From positions 434,001 through 498,000 of the forward strand of contig JAKMXF010000310.1 in the NCBI GenBank assembly GCA_024704765.1: DNA of 64,000 bases, read 5' to 3'. The position numbers and the translations under genes are program-made. Below, piece by piece: positions 11,310-21,727 of this stretch. How positions within the stretch are numbered: position 1 is the first letter of the stretch; every line of letters starts with the position of its first letter. Below the pieces are notes generated by a model. It had not been told where the DNA came from. It saw only the letters and a program-made list of their open reading frames with translations, and did no database searches. This DNA is from Oopsacas minuta. Lineage: Eukaryota; Animalia; Porifera.

Positions 11310-14300
11310 TCAAATATTGTAGTCAATGAAAATCTTGACAATAGCTTCATTAACCATTTCCTTGCCCACCTTTTGGAATTGACCACACAGTTTTCCTAGA
11401 TTTCCTTTCATTGTCTCTTCAAACTCTGGAAATGTCGTTCCCGTACTTATCCCATAATATTGAATATCAGCATTGTGCATTTTATCCCAGACATCTATAT
11501 TCCAATCGAATTTACATAAAGTACCATGATTGCAACAACAACAATTTTCTTTACTACTTGCAGAGGTATGCATTTTAAAATTTGGTAAACCTCCATGTGG
11601 AGGAGCATCATAGATGTGAATGACAATGTTTCGAACATCTAATTTACGTTCCCAAGTATAGGAATTAATTGCGGTTGCCAACCCATCAAGAACAGCTTCT
11701 GGCCCATCTCCTCCACCAAAAACCTTTACTCTATTCAGAAAATCGGTTATAGTGTGATGATGCTTCGTGAAATTGCGATCATTCGGAAATACTTGAATTA
11801 TATCCTTAGCATCACAGTGATCACGATAGATAACTATAGCAAACCTTGCTGGATTACCACGTTTTTCATAATGGCTAATTAGCTGTCCAACAGAGACTCT
11901 CGCCTTATCGATATCTGTAGTCATGGACCCAGTCCCATCTATCACGAAACAGATATCATACCCAACTTTTTTATGCCTGATTTCCCCAAACGATGTGTAA
12001 GGTGTATATGCGATATCAGTACCTTTACTGGCGTGGTAATCAAGTATTCCTCTCCCAAATTTATTCCAAATTTTTATCATATTGTTGCGGTTCTCTTCTA
12101 GCAATTTTTCGTAATCTTTATCTTTTGGTAGTGTCCAATCCCATTCGTTGCCGGTTTTTTCCTTAAATTTTCCCCATGTCATTTCGTATCCAGGTAGTTT
12201 AACCTTGGTATCATCAATATAATCGTCGCATATGGATAAAACTGCAGTTCTATCTTTGTCGTTTTCCCATACCTTACCACCCATAGAGCTAATTTGATGA
12301 CCTGTTTTTATAAGACATTTTCCATTGTGTGAATGGAGTTCCCTCTCACAAAGTTTACCACAACTAGGACATTGAGATGGACAGTTGATCACAAGCGTTT
12401 CATATTCATCTTTTATGTGTTTAACTGTTTCTTCAAATTCAGATCTAGTAATTTCATACTCATAACATTTTAGAACGGACAAGAATTCTTTGACGTATTC
12501 GTAGATATTAAATATATTCTCTGAATTGAATATCTTTGTATTGAGTAATCTTTTGTAGGAATATTGATCAAGCTTAAGCGTTGGTTTTTCAAAAATCAGG
12601 TTCGATTTGCTGCACTTTACCTTTATCCCCTCTACCTTAAAGGTTCCTTTAAAATGCTTTTTCATGTCATTTGAGGACACTTTGGGATCAAGATACATCT
12701 TGAAGTATAATAATGTAGCGTTTTGTAGACTTTCTTTATGTTTGGTATTATCGGCTTTTAGCTTTTGCATGAATTGATTAGGGACGACCTCAAAAAGGAG
12801 ATCTGAATCGAAATTTGTTAATGGTAATGGTATTTCTTCTTTTTCTACCATGGATAAAGTATCTAGAAGATTCTGTTGTAAAGTTGAAAGAATAATTTGT
12901 ATCTTCTCGTTCTGTACAGAGAATTCTTCTTTCATAATCCTGACGCATTCAACGTAGAGTTTTTCTACAAACTCAGCCCACTGAGCTTGAAAAGTATCTT
13001 TAATTAAATCTTGACGATTGCAAATGGACTGAATTATGATATTATTTTTATCAAATACTTCTTTTCCTGGACTTTTGTTTAGTTCTTGTTGTATTAAATC
13101 ATTAATGATTAAGGATATATTCTGATAGGACACTTCCTTTATTCGTTCTCTAAACTTCTTTTCAACTAAATATTGCTTGTCAGTTGCGATACCACGCTTC
13201 AGCCCTTCTAAGAAATCTGATGCATACTGATTGGAAATCTTTTTATCATTTTCTCTCCTCTTGGGTCGATTCAAATTTCCTCTGACCATTATTCGATTTT
13301 CAACTTTCTGCAAAAAGTATGCAAGCATTTTCGATTTCTTATTTTCTGTTTGTTCACTAGGCTTTAATCTTCGTTTATTTTTTGTCTCCCTTAAGCATTT
13401 GAATACAAAAGCGAATACTAGTGTCGTTATTGTCCTTTCAGCTGTGTTAGTTAATTTAGCTTGTATATGCATGATTTCATAGTTTACCCATTTGAATATA
13501 GAACACAAGTAATCAATAATTTGCTTAACTGAAGCCTGAGAAACTGTCGGATCCTTCTCAAGCAATTTCTCAACCTCAAATAGTATATTTTCGATTAACT
13601 TTAACCATGTGCTTTTCTCAGGATTACATGGATCCTTTAAGATGGAAGCAAGCAATCGTATTTGAATTCGTTTTTCCTTCTTCCCCCAGACTATATCTGC
13701 ATGATTAAAATAACCAGAGCAACATTTGACAAGAGGATGACAGTGATCTGGTATCCATTTACTGATTGTAGGTTTTACTGGTTCAATATAACCACTTTTA
13801 TCTGCACGCTTATCAACTATAAACAAAGATTCCTTACTTAGATATTGATAATGATTTTCTCCTTTGTAAAAAGTCATTTGTTTTATCGGCACATTGTTCT
13901 CTCTCCATGGAAATATGAAATCACTTGTTTCAGCAAAAGTGTCCGGAACGTATTCAAATCCTCTCTTGATCCTTCCCCTAAGAGACTCTATGATCAAATT
14001 CATATCGAATTTTAATTCCTCAAATTCGTCAAAAATATTTTTCTTATTTTCGAGGGCATTAGACGCCAATTTGAAAATCATATATAGGTTCTCAAAGTCT
14101 TCAATATGCTCTTTTTCTTCGTCTTTCTTGCCATCATCTTGGAAGCATTGCATCCAAAGGCCCTCGAAAGCTTCCTTTTGGTGCTCAATGCTGAAATCTA
14201 GATATTTGTCTAGGTTTTTGTTTATCTCATTCTGGAAATTTTCCATGTTTTTAGATACTTTGATTTCAACTAATACAGCCTTTATGTGGAACTTCAATCT

Positions 14301-17300
14301 GTCCTCGTACTCTTTCTTCTCAATATACAATAGCCTCTTTAGATTACTCCGCATTTCGTCATAAATGTATGTCATATTTCTTAGCAATATCTCAGTGTTA
14401 CATTCTTTATCGAATAAAGTCAAGCATTTTTCCTGATCAGTTTGAAAGACATCATTAAATTTCTCTATATATTTGGTCGACATTGTAGTGTAATCTTCTA
14501 GTAGATCAGTATTTTTGATTTTATCAACCAAATTATCTAAGGCAGAGGAAAAGTCTTTCTTCTTGCAATAGATATGCTTTTGCATTACTTCCTCAATTAT
14601 TCCTGTGAGAATTCTATTACAGATTAATTCATCAAAGTTACTATATCTGACAATATCTTGATAGTTAATTATGGTGTCCCAGATCACTCCAGACATTTCC
14701 ATCCAGTCGCTCATTGTTTCAAAAGGTGCTCTGTCTCCTTGAGGCATATCAGTCAGTTCATTGATAACAGCCGTTCGTAATTGTGCACACTTACTTGCAA
14801 ATATAGGTGTGGGAGAGAGTTTGATAAGTTCTGAATTAAAAAGATTTGCAGATGGCGTGTTCAGTTGGATCGAATTAAAGGCAGCTGGGAGGACAAATAA
14901 ATTTTTCCTAGTTACTTCTATGAGATCTGATATCTTTACCCCTTCGAGATCCATAAAATCAGATTCTTGTTTGAGTTTATCCAATAAAATGTTAATCGAT
15001 TCAACATGTTTACTAGTATCTAGAACAGCTTGCTGATTGAGTACAAAGAATATTTTAGGAACTGATACTTTGCTTACTCTAAGCTTGTGTAGAGAATATG
15101 CGCATATATGAAGGAGGTTCTGCATCTCGTCACCTAATTCGCCTTTCACATTGATTATCACAACCTGAGATACAGCCAAACAGAACAACACCATTGTCCT
15201 GTCAAAGTGAATCAAAGAAGTCTCTTTTAAGCCCCCCTTCTTCACAGCATCTAGCCCTTCTGTATCGAGGATCAAGAATTGATTTGTGAGGTTAAATGGT
15301 TTGGTGAGTTTACAGAGAGATCCATAAATTCCTCTCGTACATCTTCCAGCGCTAGTTAAGAATTTACAACCAAAGCAATAATTCAATAATGTTGATTTTC
15401 CGGAACTTTGTGGCCCAAATATGCTTAATACAATCGGTGCTTGTTTCATCTTCATTGTTTTGCCTTCATTGATTCTAGACAGCTCATCAAACTGATTCTT
15501 ATATAATATCGATAATAATGCATTGATATCTTGATTGAAGAATCTTAGATTGTCACCGTCAATCAACTCAAATGCCTCTCCATTTTCCACATAATTGCTA
15601 AAGTTTGTGGCGAATCTTTTTTTGTATTTTTCACGTTCTTTACATTTTGTTTTCTCTCCGTACTTACTTGACAGCAATGCTTCTCTCCACAGAATTTCCA
15701 GAGTGTATCTATCATTACAATTGCCAGTCGTCTTAGTTTGCATTATTTCGTGTTTTTGAAATATTGCCTTATTAGTGAGAGCAGATAGTTCTTGGGATAA
15801 TTTCCAAAGGATAAGACCAGAATGGCTTTTCTCCAATATGTCGTTGAAGCGAAGAACTATTTCACCCATTTTAGCATTTCCTAATTGCTGACTGAGCTTC
15901 TCACGTTGTTCCTCCAACGTACAGATAATTTCCCTTCTGGTCTCGATTGATTCTTTATAATAACAACTCATGTAATCAACGAACTGAGGATAGTACTTTA
16001 AGAATGATAGATCAATTTCCCCGTTAGGTTTAGTATTCACTTTGACAAAGTTTGTAATACTATTGATTAATTTTTTATCCGATTGAATCTCCTTCAGATC
16101 TGGGCAAGATAGGCGTTTCATTACAGATTCCATGAATTCAATTCCGATTAGATTAGCATTCTTACACTTCAAGTGAAGAATTTCATATCCGATTTCTTTC
16201 AGAGATGTTTTGATATTCAATTCTGAGTTTGTTAGTTTAGGAATAAGGATATATTTCATTTTTTCATCTAATTTCTGAGTCACTACATTTGTTACATCGC
16301 TATCTCGAACAAACACGTAAATGTGTTCCATATAAGGTTTAAATAGTGCAATTTCTTCCCTAAGCTGAGTGGTATCCGATATATAATCAAAGTTACTAAT
16401 ATGAATTAATGCAATTTCCAAATTTTTGCAGAGAGATTGAATAACACGTATATCAGAATTTCCATGACAGTCAATATAAGCCCATTTTGTCGCCTCACCT
16501 TCGTCTAGCTCTCCAAATAGATTCTTAGTCATTTGTATATCAATAGAGTTGGGATGGAATGGACTATTTCGCTCACTTCCTTTAACAAAATCTGTCTCAA
16601 AAATAAAATCCAATAAATGAGACTTCCCTATAGGATTCCACCCTGCCCGCCCTAAACCGAAAGATATTATACCGTTGAATTGTTGCATGGAATACCACAA
16701 CTCACTGCAAAATTTGAAATTAATTTTGTCTTGAGGGCTAGAGTAGGAAAGGAGAGCTGGGTAGTACAGAGGGACAGGATTACTGAATGAATAATGTTCA
16801 ATGCAGAAACCCCTCAATACTGGATCAGATGTTTGAAATATAATGTGAAATAATTCATGTGTATTGAGGGTGACATTGCTTGCTTTGTGAATTATTGGAG
16901 TAATATCCTCAAATGATAGACTACATTTAAGGTAATAGAAAATCAGGGGTAAAAGTTTATTGAGCACTTCACTTGGGTTATTTCCCACTTCTTGTGCTGT
17001 TTTTGTCATACCATCAATTGAGTCTGAAATTATCATTCTATAAGAATCAAATTTCTTCATATCTGTACCGAACATAGCTACTAATTGTCCAATTTGTTTC
17101 TTCTGCAAATCTACATAATGGTCTTTCTCAACTTGCTTTGGTGCATAATCTTGCAAATACTCGTTGATTAAAGATTCAACCCGGTGTAATTCAGTGCTGA
17201 GCTGTTCTATATTGCTATTGCTTTCCTTGATTTTGGAGATTTCAAGCATTGTTAATTCTTTATTAATATTACAGAAATCCCTTGACTCTGAGAACTTGTT

Positions 17301-18014
17301 AAAATATTGATTAAGTTTTGAGTAGTCACGGTTATTGGTTTTAGGTAAAATATAACATAATTGATCTTGTAATTTCAAATCCCGTTTTATAACTCTCTGG
17401 CGGAAATTTTTTTCTTCAATGGGTCCAATGCGGTCCTCTATTATCTTTCGCGCTATTATACCCTCTTCACTACTGAAATTTAGATATGTGACTTCAATGT
17501 ACGACTTAATCTTATGATTGGATATTTCCAAGTTATTACTAATATAATTGATATTGAAACCACTGATGAATAATTGGTCAATCTCTGATTCTTGCCTTTT
17601 GCTAATGGGTTTATTATCCAAATAGTCCCCGATTAAATGCACTTCTTTGATGTTACAATATAATGCTATTTGCTTTGCTGTATCAAATTGACCAGGGTGA
17701 TCTTTCAAACATTTTTCAATCCGGTTTTTCTCTTCCTTAGTTAAAGTCCTATCTCTGCCAGTGTCTGCCTGTGTGAATGATTTTAAGATTTCCAGCGCCT
17801 CGATAGCGGTTTCGATTTGAATTTTTAGTGATAATCCCAAGACCTTGGGTTCAGAGAAAAACTCTTCTCCTCTCTCTATCATAAAGTCAACTTGATCAGT
17901 ATTAAGTCCTAATTTAGTTAACTTAACGCGTAGCGGACTTTCAACTGAATCTGGTGATTGTGTTAATAACTGTTCCTGTTCCTTTCCTCTTTTAGGATTG
18001 AGATTTTTCTTCAT
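11310..18014 (-). CDS. Very large GTPase (GVIN1/URGCP, VLIG family) with HTH-like N-terminal repeats and a C-terminal vWA domain; 2234 aa, single exon
   Basis: G1 GPQSSGKST, G2 RCTRGIY, G3 DTEG, G4-region RNQ/NQQ-type LNQQ, and FDRTMVLFCLAVSQVVIINVKG typical of VLIG. Cys/His module CPSCGKLC..H..C..GH. vWA with DICFVIDGTGSM, YRDH, GGGDGPEA, YDAPPH. Confidence 0.9.
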   Translation of the reverse strand: MKKNLNPKRGKEQEQLLTQSPDSVESPLRVKLTKLGLNTDQVDFMIERGEEFFSEPKVLGLSLKIQIETAIEALEILKSFTQADTGRDRTLTKEEKNRIEKCLKDHPGQFDTAKQIALYCNIKEVHLIGDYLDNKPISKRQESEIDQLFISGFNINYISNNLEISNHKIKSYIEVTYLNFSSEEGIIARKIIEDRIGPIEEKNFRQRVIKRDLKLQDQLCYILPKTNNRDYSKLNQYFNKFSESRDFCNINKELTMLEISKIKESNSNIEQLSTELHRVESLINEYLQDYAPKQVEKDHYVDLQKKQIGQLVAMFGTDMKKFDSYRMIISDSIDGMTKTAQEVGNNPSEVLNKLLPLIFYYLKCSLSFEDITPIIHKASNVTLNTHELFHIIFQTSDPVLRGFCIEHYSFSNPVPLYYPALLSYSSPQDKINFKFCSELWYSMQQFNGIISFGLGRAGWNPIGKSHLLDFIFETDFVKGSERNSPFHPNSIDIQMTKNLFGELDEGEATKWAYIDCHGNSDIRVIQSLCKNLEIALIHISNFDYISDTTQLREEIALFKPYMEHIYVFVRDSDVTNVVTQKLDEKMKYILIPKLTNSELNIKTSLKEIGYEILHLKCKNANLIGIEFMESVMKRLSCPDLKEIQSDKKLINSITNFVKVNTKPNGEIDLSFLKYYPQFVDYMSCYYKESIETRREIICTLEEQREKLSQQLGNAKMGEIVLRFNDILEKSHSGLILWKLSQELSALTNKAIFQKHEIMQTKTTGNCNDRYTLEILWREALLSSKYGEKTKCKEREKYKKRFATNFSNYVENGEAFELIDGDNLRFFNQDINALLSILYKNQFDELSRINEGKTMKMKQAPIVLSIFGPQSSGKSTLLNYCFGCKFLTSAGRCTRGIYGSLCKLTKPFNLTNQFLILDTEGLDAVKKGGLKETSLIHFDRTMVLFCLAVSQVVIINVKGELGDEMQNLLHICAYSLHKLRVSKVSVPKIFFVLNQQAVLDTSKHVESINILLDKLKQESDFMDLEGVKISDLIEVTRKNLFVLPAAFNSIQLNTPSANLFNSELIKLSPTPIFASKCAQLRTAVINELTDMPQGDRAPFETMSDWMEMSGVIWDTIINYQDIVRYSNFDELICNRILTGIIEEVMQKHIYCKKKDFSSALDNLVDKIKNTDLLEDYTTMSTKYIEKFNDVFQTDQEKCLTLFDKECNTEILLRNMTYIYDEMRSNLKRLLYIEKKEYEDRLKFHIKAVLVEIKVSKNMENFQNEINKNLDKYLDFSIEHQKEAFEGLWMQCFQDDGKKDEEKEHIEDFENLYMIFKLASNALENKKNIFDEFEELKFDMNLIIESLRGRIKRGFEYVPDTFAETSDFIFPWRENNVPIKQMTFYKGENHYQYLSKESLFIVDKRADKSGYIEPVKPTISKWIPDHCHPLVKCCSGYFNHADIVWGKKEKRIQIRLLASILKDPCNPEKSTWLKLIENILFEVEKLLEKDPTVSQASVKQIIDYLCSIFKWVNYEIMHIQAKLTNTAERTITTLVFAFVFKCLRETKNKRRLKPSEQTENKKSKMLAYFLQKVENRIMVRGNLNRPKRRENDKKISNQYASDFLEGLKRGIATDKQYLVEKKFRERIKEVSYQNISLIINDLIQQELNKSPGKEVFDKNNIIIQSICNRQDLIKDTFQAQWAEFVEKLYVECVRIMKEEFSVQNEKIQIILSTLQQNLLDTLSMVEKEEIPLPLTNFDSDLLFEVVPNQFMQKLKADNTKHKESLQNATLLYFKMYLDPKVSSNDMKKHFKGTFKVEGIKVKCSKSNLIFEKPTLKLDQYSYKRLLNTKIFNSENIFNIYEYVKEFLSVLKCYEYEITRSEFEETVKHIKDEYETLVINCPSQCPSCGKLCERELHSHNGKCLIKTGHQISSMGGKVWENDKDRTAVLSICDDYIDDTKVKLPGYEMTWGKFKEKTGNEWDWTLPKDKDYEKLLEENRNNMIKIWNKFGRGILDYHASKGTDIAYTPYTSFGEIRHKKVGYDICFVIDGTGSMTTDIDKARVSVGQLISHYEKRGNPARFAIVIYRDHCDAKDIIQVFPNDRNFTKHHHTITDFLNRVKVFGGGDGPEAVLDGLATAINSYTWERKLDVRNIVIHIYDAPPHGGLPNFKMHTSASSKENCCCCNHGTLCKFDWNIDVWDKMHNADIQYYGISTGTTFPEFEETMKGNLGKLCGQFQKVGKEMVNEAIVKIFIDYNI

Positions 18015-18095
18015 GATTAAATCTATAAATGAGATATAATTGTACGATCCGGGCAGTACCGTCTGGAGAATGTACGTATATTAGAATATACCCGG

Positions 18096-20926
18096 TGTAA
18101 CAGCCTAGATTAGCCTCCCCACCCAGTTTAACCCCGGGTATAGTCTGGGCTAGCCTAGATTAACCCCCAGGTATAAACTGGGCTAGGCCAGATTAAGCCC
18201 CGGGGTTAATATAGGCTAGCCCAGAGTATACCCTTTAGCCCAGATTAACCCCAGGTATAGTCTGGGCTAGCCCAGATTCTACCCCTGAGTTAATAGTCAA
18301 CAAATTATGATGTTATCTGCTTGTAGAATACAAGTGATGTGTGTGGCGGTGACACTTACAATGTCTATATTAGTGTTTCAACTATTATAAATATACTAGA
18401 AGAGCATATGTACTTATTTGATCTATCAATTATATTTACTGCATTGTTTTGATGGATGATCAACTCTACAATCAAATATTGCATTTTTTTATATCCAACG
18501 AAAACAAATATCCAGGAGAGATCTATAAACTTCCAGCTGAAAAACGAGTCAATGCGAAATCACAATTCAGACAAACTGTTAAGCCATATACTTTGAAGGA
18601 TGGGGTTCTGATGCATGCTGAAAAGCAAGTGTTACGAAAAAGTGGAGTGGACGCAGTACTTAAAATGTGTCATGATAACCCTGTAACCGGTGGTCATTTT
18701 GGTCGTGACAAAACCTACCAAAAGATCGCATCAAGATTCTACTGGAAAGGTAAATATTTACTAATACTTAATTTAACATTCAATCCGGGAGCAAACTTTC
18801 GCACTCAATGGGTAACTCAATGCCACTGTTGGCATATTAAAGCTTAAGTAAATTCCTTAATTAGGCGATGAAACTTACCTACAATCAATTGTTAGACCGT
18901 TGTTAATACATTTGGGTTTATTTTTTCAATTGATGTTGTCAAATTCCCAAGATTTGGAATTGTAAACAAATTTCACAAAGTTTCATGATTCCCAAATGTA
19001 TTCTTTAGGTATGAAGCAAGAAATTGAAATATATTGTAAACAATGCATCAAGTGTTTTGAAGTCAACCCAAAACTTAAGATGGACCGTCCTCCACTGTCT
19101 TCGATACGCGTACCATCTCAAGTATGGAGTCTTGTAGGAATTGATCTCATCGGGCCCTTACAGGAGTCTACAAGTGGCAACAAATATATTGTAGCTATTT
19201 CAGACCACTTTTCCAAGTGGTCAGAAGCTAGTGCCATTCCTGACAAAACTTCTAAATCTGTAGCTGATTTTCTATACCTAGTAGTTTGCAGATTGGGATG
19301 TATGGACACACTTATAAGTGATCAGGGAAGAGAGTTTGTGAACGAAGTTATTGATTATCTCCTTGACATTCTGCAGACTGAGCATCGAATTTCTTCTGCT
19401 TATCATCCTGAAACAAATGGACAACGGGAGAGAGATAACCGTACCCTGAAATCTGCATTGGTGAAATTGGTAAATGAAAGAGGTGATGATTGGGATATGT
19501 ATATCCCAGGAATACTATTTGCTTATCACACAAGCATTCATGCTTCTACGAAATGTACTCCATTTCAAGCGATGTATTGTCGTAGTGCGAAGCTACCAAT
19601 TGATTTATCCATTAAACCTCCAAAATCAATTGAGCAGGCGAATCCAAAAGTTTTACAGGCGTTTGGCATGATGCGTGAAGCTATCAACGCCAAAATTGAT
19701 CTTAATATCACAAACGCGCAGAAACACCAAAAACGCAACTTTGATAACCGTCATTCTAATAGTAAAGTGTTATCACCTGGCGCAACTGTGTACATAAAAA
19801 ACAGCAAGCAAATACATCGAATGGGATCGAAAATGGAACCACGCTGGATAGGTCCTTACAAAATCATTGAGTTGCTAGATAAAGGACGTGCAATCCTAGG
19901 GAATATTAACACAGGTAAGAAACTAAAAAATATATATAATATTGCAAATTTTAAGGTTTATGATACAAATAACAAAGATGAAGATGGTAAATCAATGAAA
20001 AAGAAAACAATTTCAATATCACATTCCAAGATTAAGAAACTAGAGTGTAAGGATGAGCTAGTTTTAATTGGAGTTAAACAAGGAGTCAAACAATTCAACC
20101 CAAACAGACTGTTTTCTCCAATTTCCGCTGATTCTAGAAAAAATGTTGCCAAAGTTCTCAACTTGAACATATGCAAGACCCAATACTTTGGAAAACCTGG
20201 CTTCCTATCTAAACCCGCGCGGATATACAGAACTAAAGGTGATGGTAATTGCTATTTCCGATCAATAAGCTACATCCTAACAGGTTCAGAAGATAGCCAT
20301 ATTATAATTCGTAATAAAGTCGTCCATCACATGAGTGGTAGTTTGAGTGAAACACTAAGAAAGTATCTTTCTCAAACGGTTGCCAATTATGTCAGCGAAA
20401 GTGCCATTGACTCCAGTGGTGTTTGGGCAACCGAGGCAGAAATACTGGCCACAGCTAATCTTATTCAACATGATATCGTTGTGTATGCAAAGAGTGGGGA
20501 TTCAATGGAATGGCTTACATACCCTGCATCTTTTACATTGACAGAAACAACAGAAACTGCATTGTATCTGGAAAATTTAGCTGAACACTTCAACGTAGTC
20601 ATTAATATACAATGATACTAGAAACATAGACAATATTTTCCTATCTGTTCATTAGTACCATAGATTCATTATTGTATTAGCAGATGATTTAAAAGAACTA
20701 TTAATCACTATAATCTCATTGGAAATATTTACACAGGGTATAAACTAGGCTAGGCTAGTTTATACCCAGGGGGTTAATTTGGGCTAGGCTAGTTTATACC
20801 CAGGGGTTAATCTAGGCTAGGCTAGTTTATACCCTGGGGGTTAATCTAGGCTCAGAAGGTATAATCTGGGCTAGCCCAGATTATACCCGGGTATATTCTG
20901 GCGGGAGGTTAATCTAGGCTGCTACA
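18096..20926 (+). mobile_element. Complete Ginger1-type DNA transposon (Gypsy-like integrase), 2831 bp
   Basis: Starts TGT (18096), ends ACA (20926), CCGG on both flanks (18092-95, 20927-30). TIR TGTAACAGCCTAGATTAGCCTCCC versus TGTAGCAGCCTAGATTAACCTCCC. About 190 bp of tandem subterminal repeats at each end. No RT, RNase H or gag. Confidence 0.92.
18452..20615 (+). CDS. Ginger transposase: H2C2 zinc finger + DDE integrase + GPY/F motif + OTU cysteine protease. Exons 18452-18749 and 19009-20615 (634 aa)
   Basis: GT(18750)..AG(19008) intron restores FYWK-G-MKQEIEIYCKQCIKC. Catalytic GIDLIGP, SDQG and E exactly 35 residues later (NGQRE). RWIGPY. OTU motifs GDGNCYFRS, WAT and HFNV. Confidence 0.9.
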
Positions 20927-21257
20927 CCGGATCTTAGAGATAAATCTATCTCTTTATTGTGGTTAACGTACATCCAAAACACAATTTCGACGATTTACAC
21001 CTGTTTGACATGAAACTACAGCTAGGCAAATTCTACTTGTATTGTATTATGGGGAAATTGTATAAATATTGGAAACATTTTGAACTGACACAAAACAGCA
21101 CCAGCAGCCACTATTAGTCATATTATCCCGCTCTCACGTCAAACCCTGAAATCTCACACTTTTGACTTATCTCTTTGGAAAAAATATTTACTCAAGGCAA
21201 TTTTATAGTCTTGCAATGCATTGGAAACTGTTTGTTCAAATTCAACACAAATCATTA

Positions 21258-21727
21258 AAATACGAGCCTTTGGCTGGTCGCTTCGAGATGAACTCGGCGC
21301 ATTGCGCCTCGAGGTATCCATTATTCTCCAAATTGACAGCCCCTTTGAGTATTATAATATAAATATATTTAGACAATGTAATTCACAAATATACGTATAT
21401 GGTATAAATGTTATTGAAATATTTTGTAAGATCAACCCCCTTTGTAACTGTTGAGGGCAGGTATCTACCTAAACTTTGAGATTTTACAATTGTTTACTTT
21501 ATATTCATTAAAACAACAATAAATTTACATATGATTAATCCAAAAGTGTGAAAATCGGATTTAGCATGTTCGATATATTTAGTGAAGTTTTATTGAATTC
21601 TATCTACTTCCTTGATAAACACGATAAATACATAGTTATGTGACAATTTCAAAATTGCATACCGTAAATCTTTTCTTGACAACGGACAAACAAACAGACA
21701 ACAATTGAGATTTAATAATATAGATTT
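21258..21727 (+). mobile_element. Helentron-associated/DINE-1-like (HINE) non-autonomous repeat, copy 1
   Basis: Closely similar to 41620-42028. GC-rich hairpins at the start (ACGAGCCTTTGGCT.GT, GGCGCATTGCGCC); ends with GACAAACAAACAGACA..TAATAATATAGATT. Confidence 0.6.

Noticed and set aside
13231-15036. Plus-strand ORFs inside the GTPase gene, and similar antisense ORFs within other genes
   Set aside because: Shadow frames of real coding strands with no recognisable motifs.
18750-19008. C-terminus of ORF 18449-18847 and N-terminus of ORF 18996
   Set aside because: Intron read-through; splicing restores the H2C2 finger.
18096-20926. Gypsy LTR retrotransposon
   Set aside because: Terminal repeats are inverted, not direct; no gag, protease, RT or RNase H; the ORF has a spliceosomal intron.
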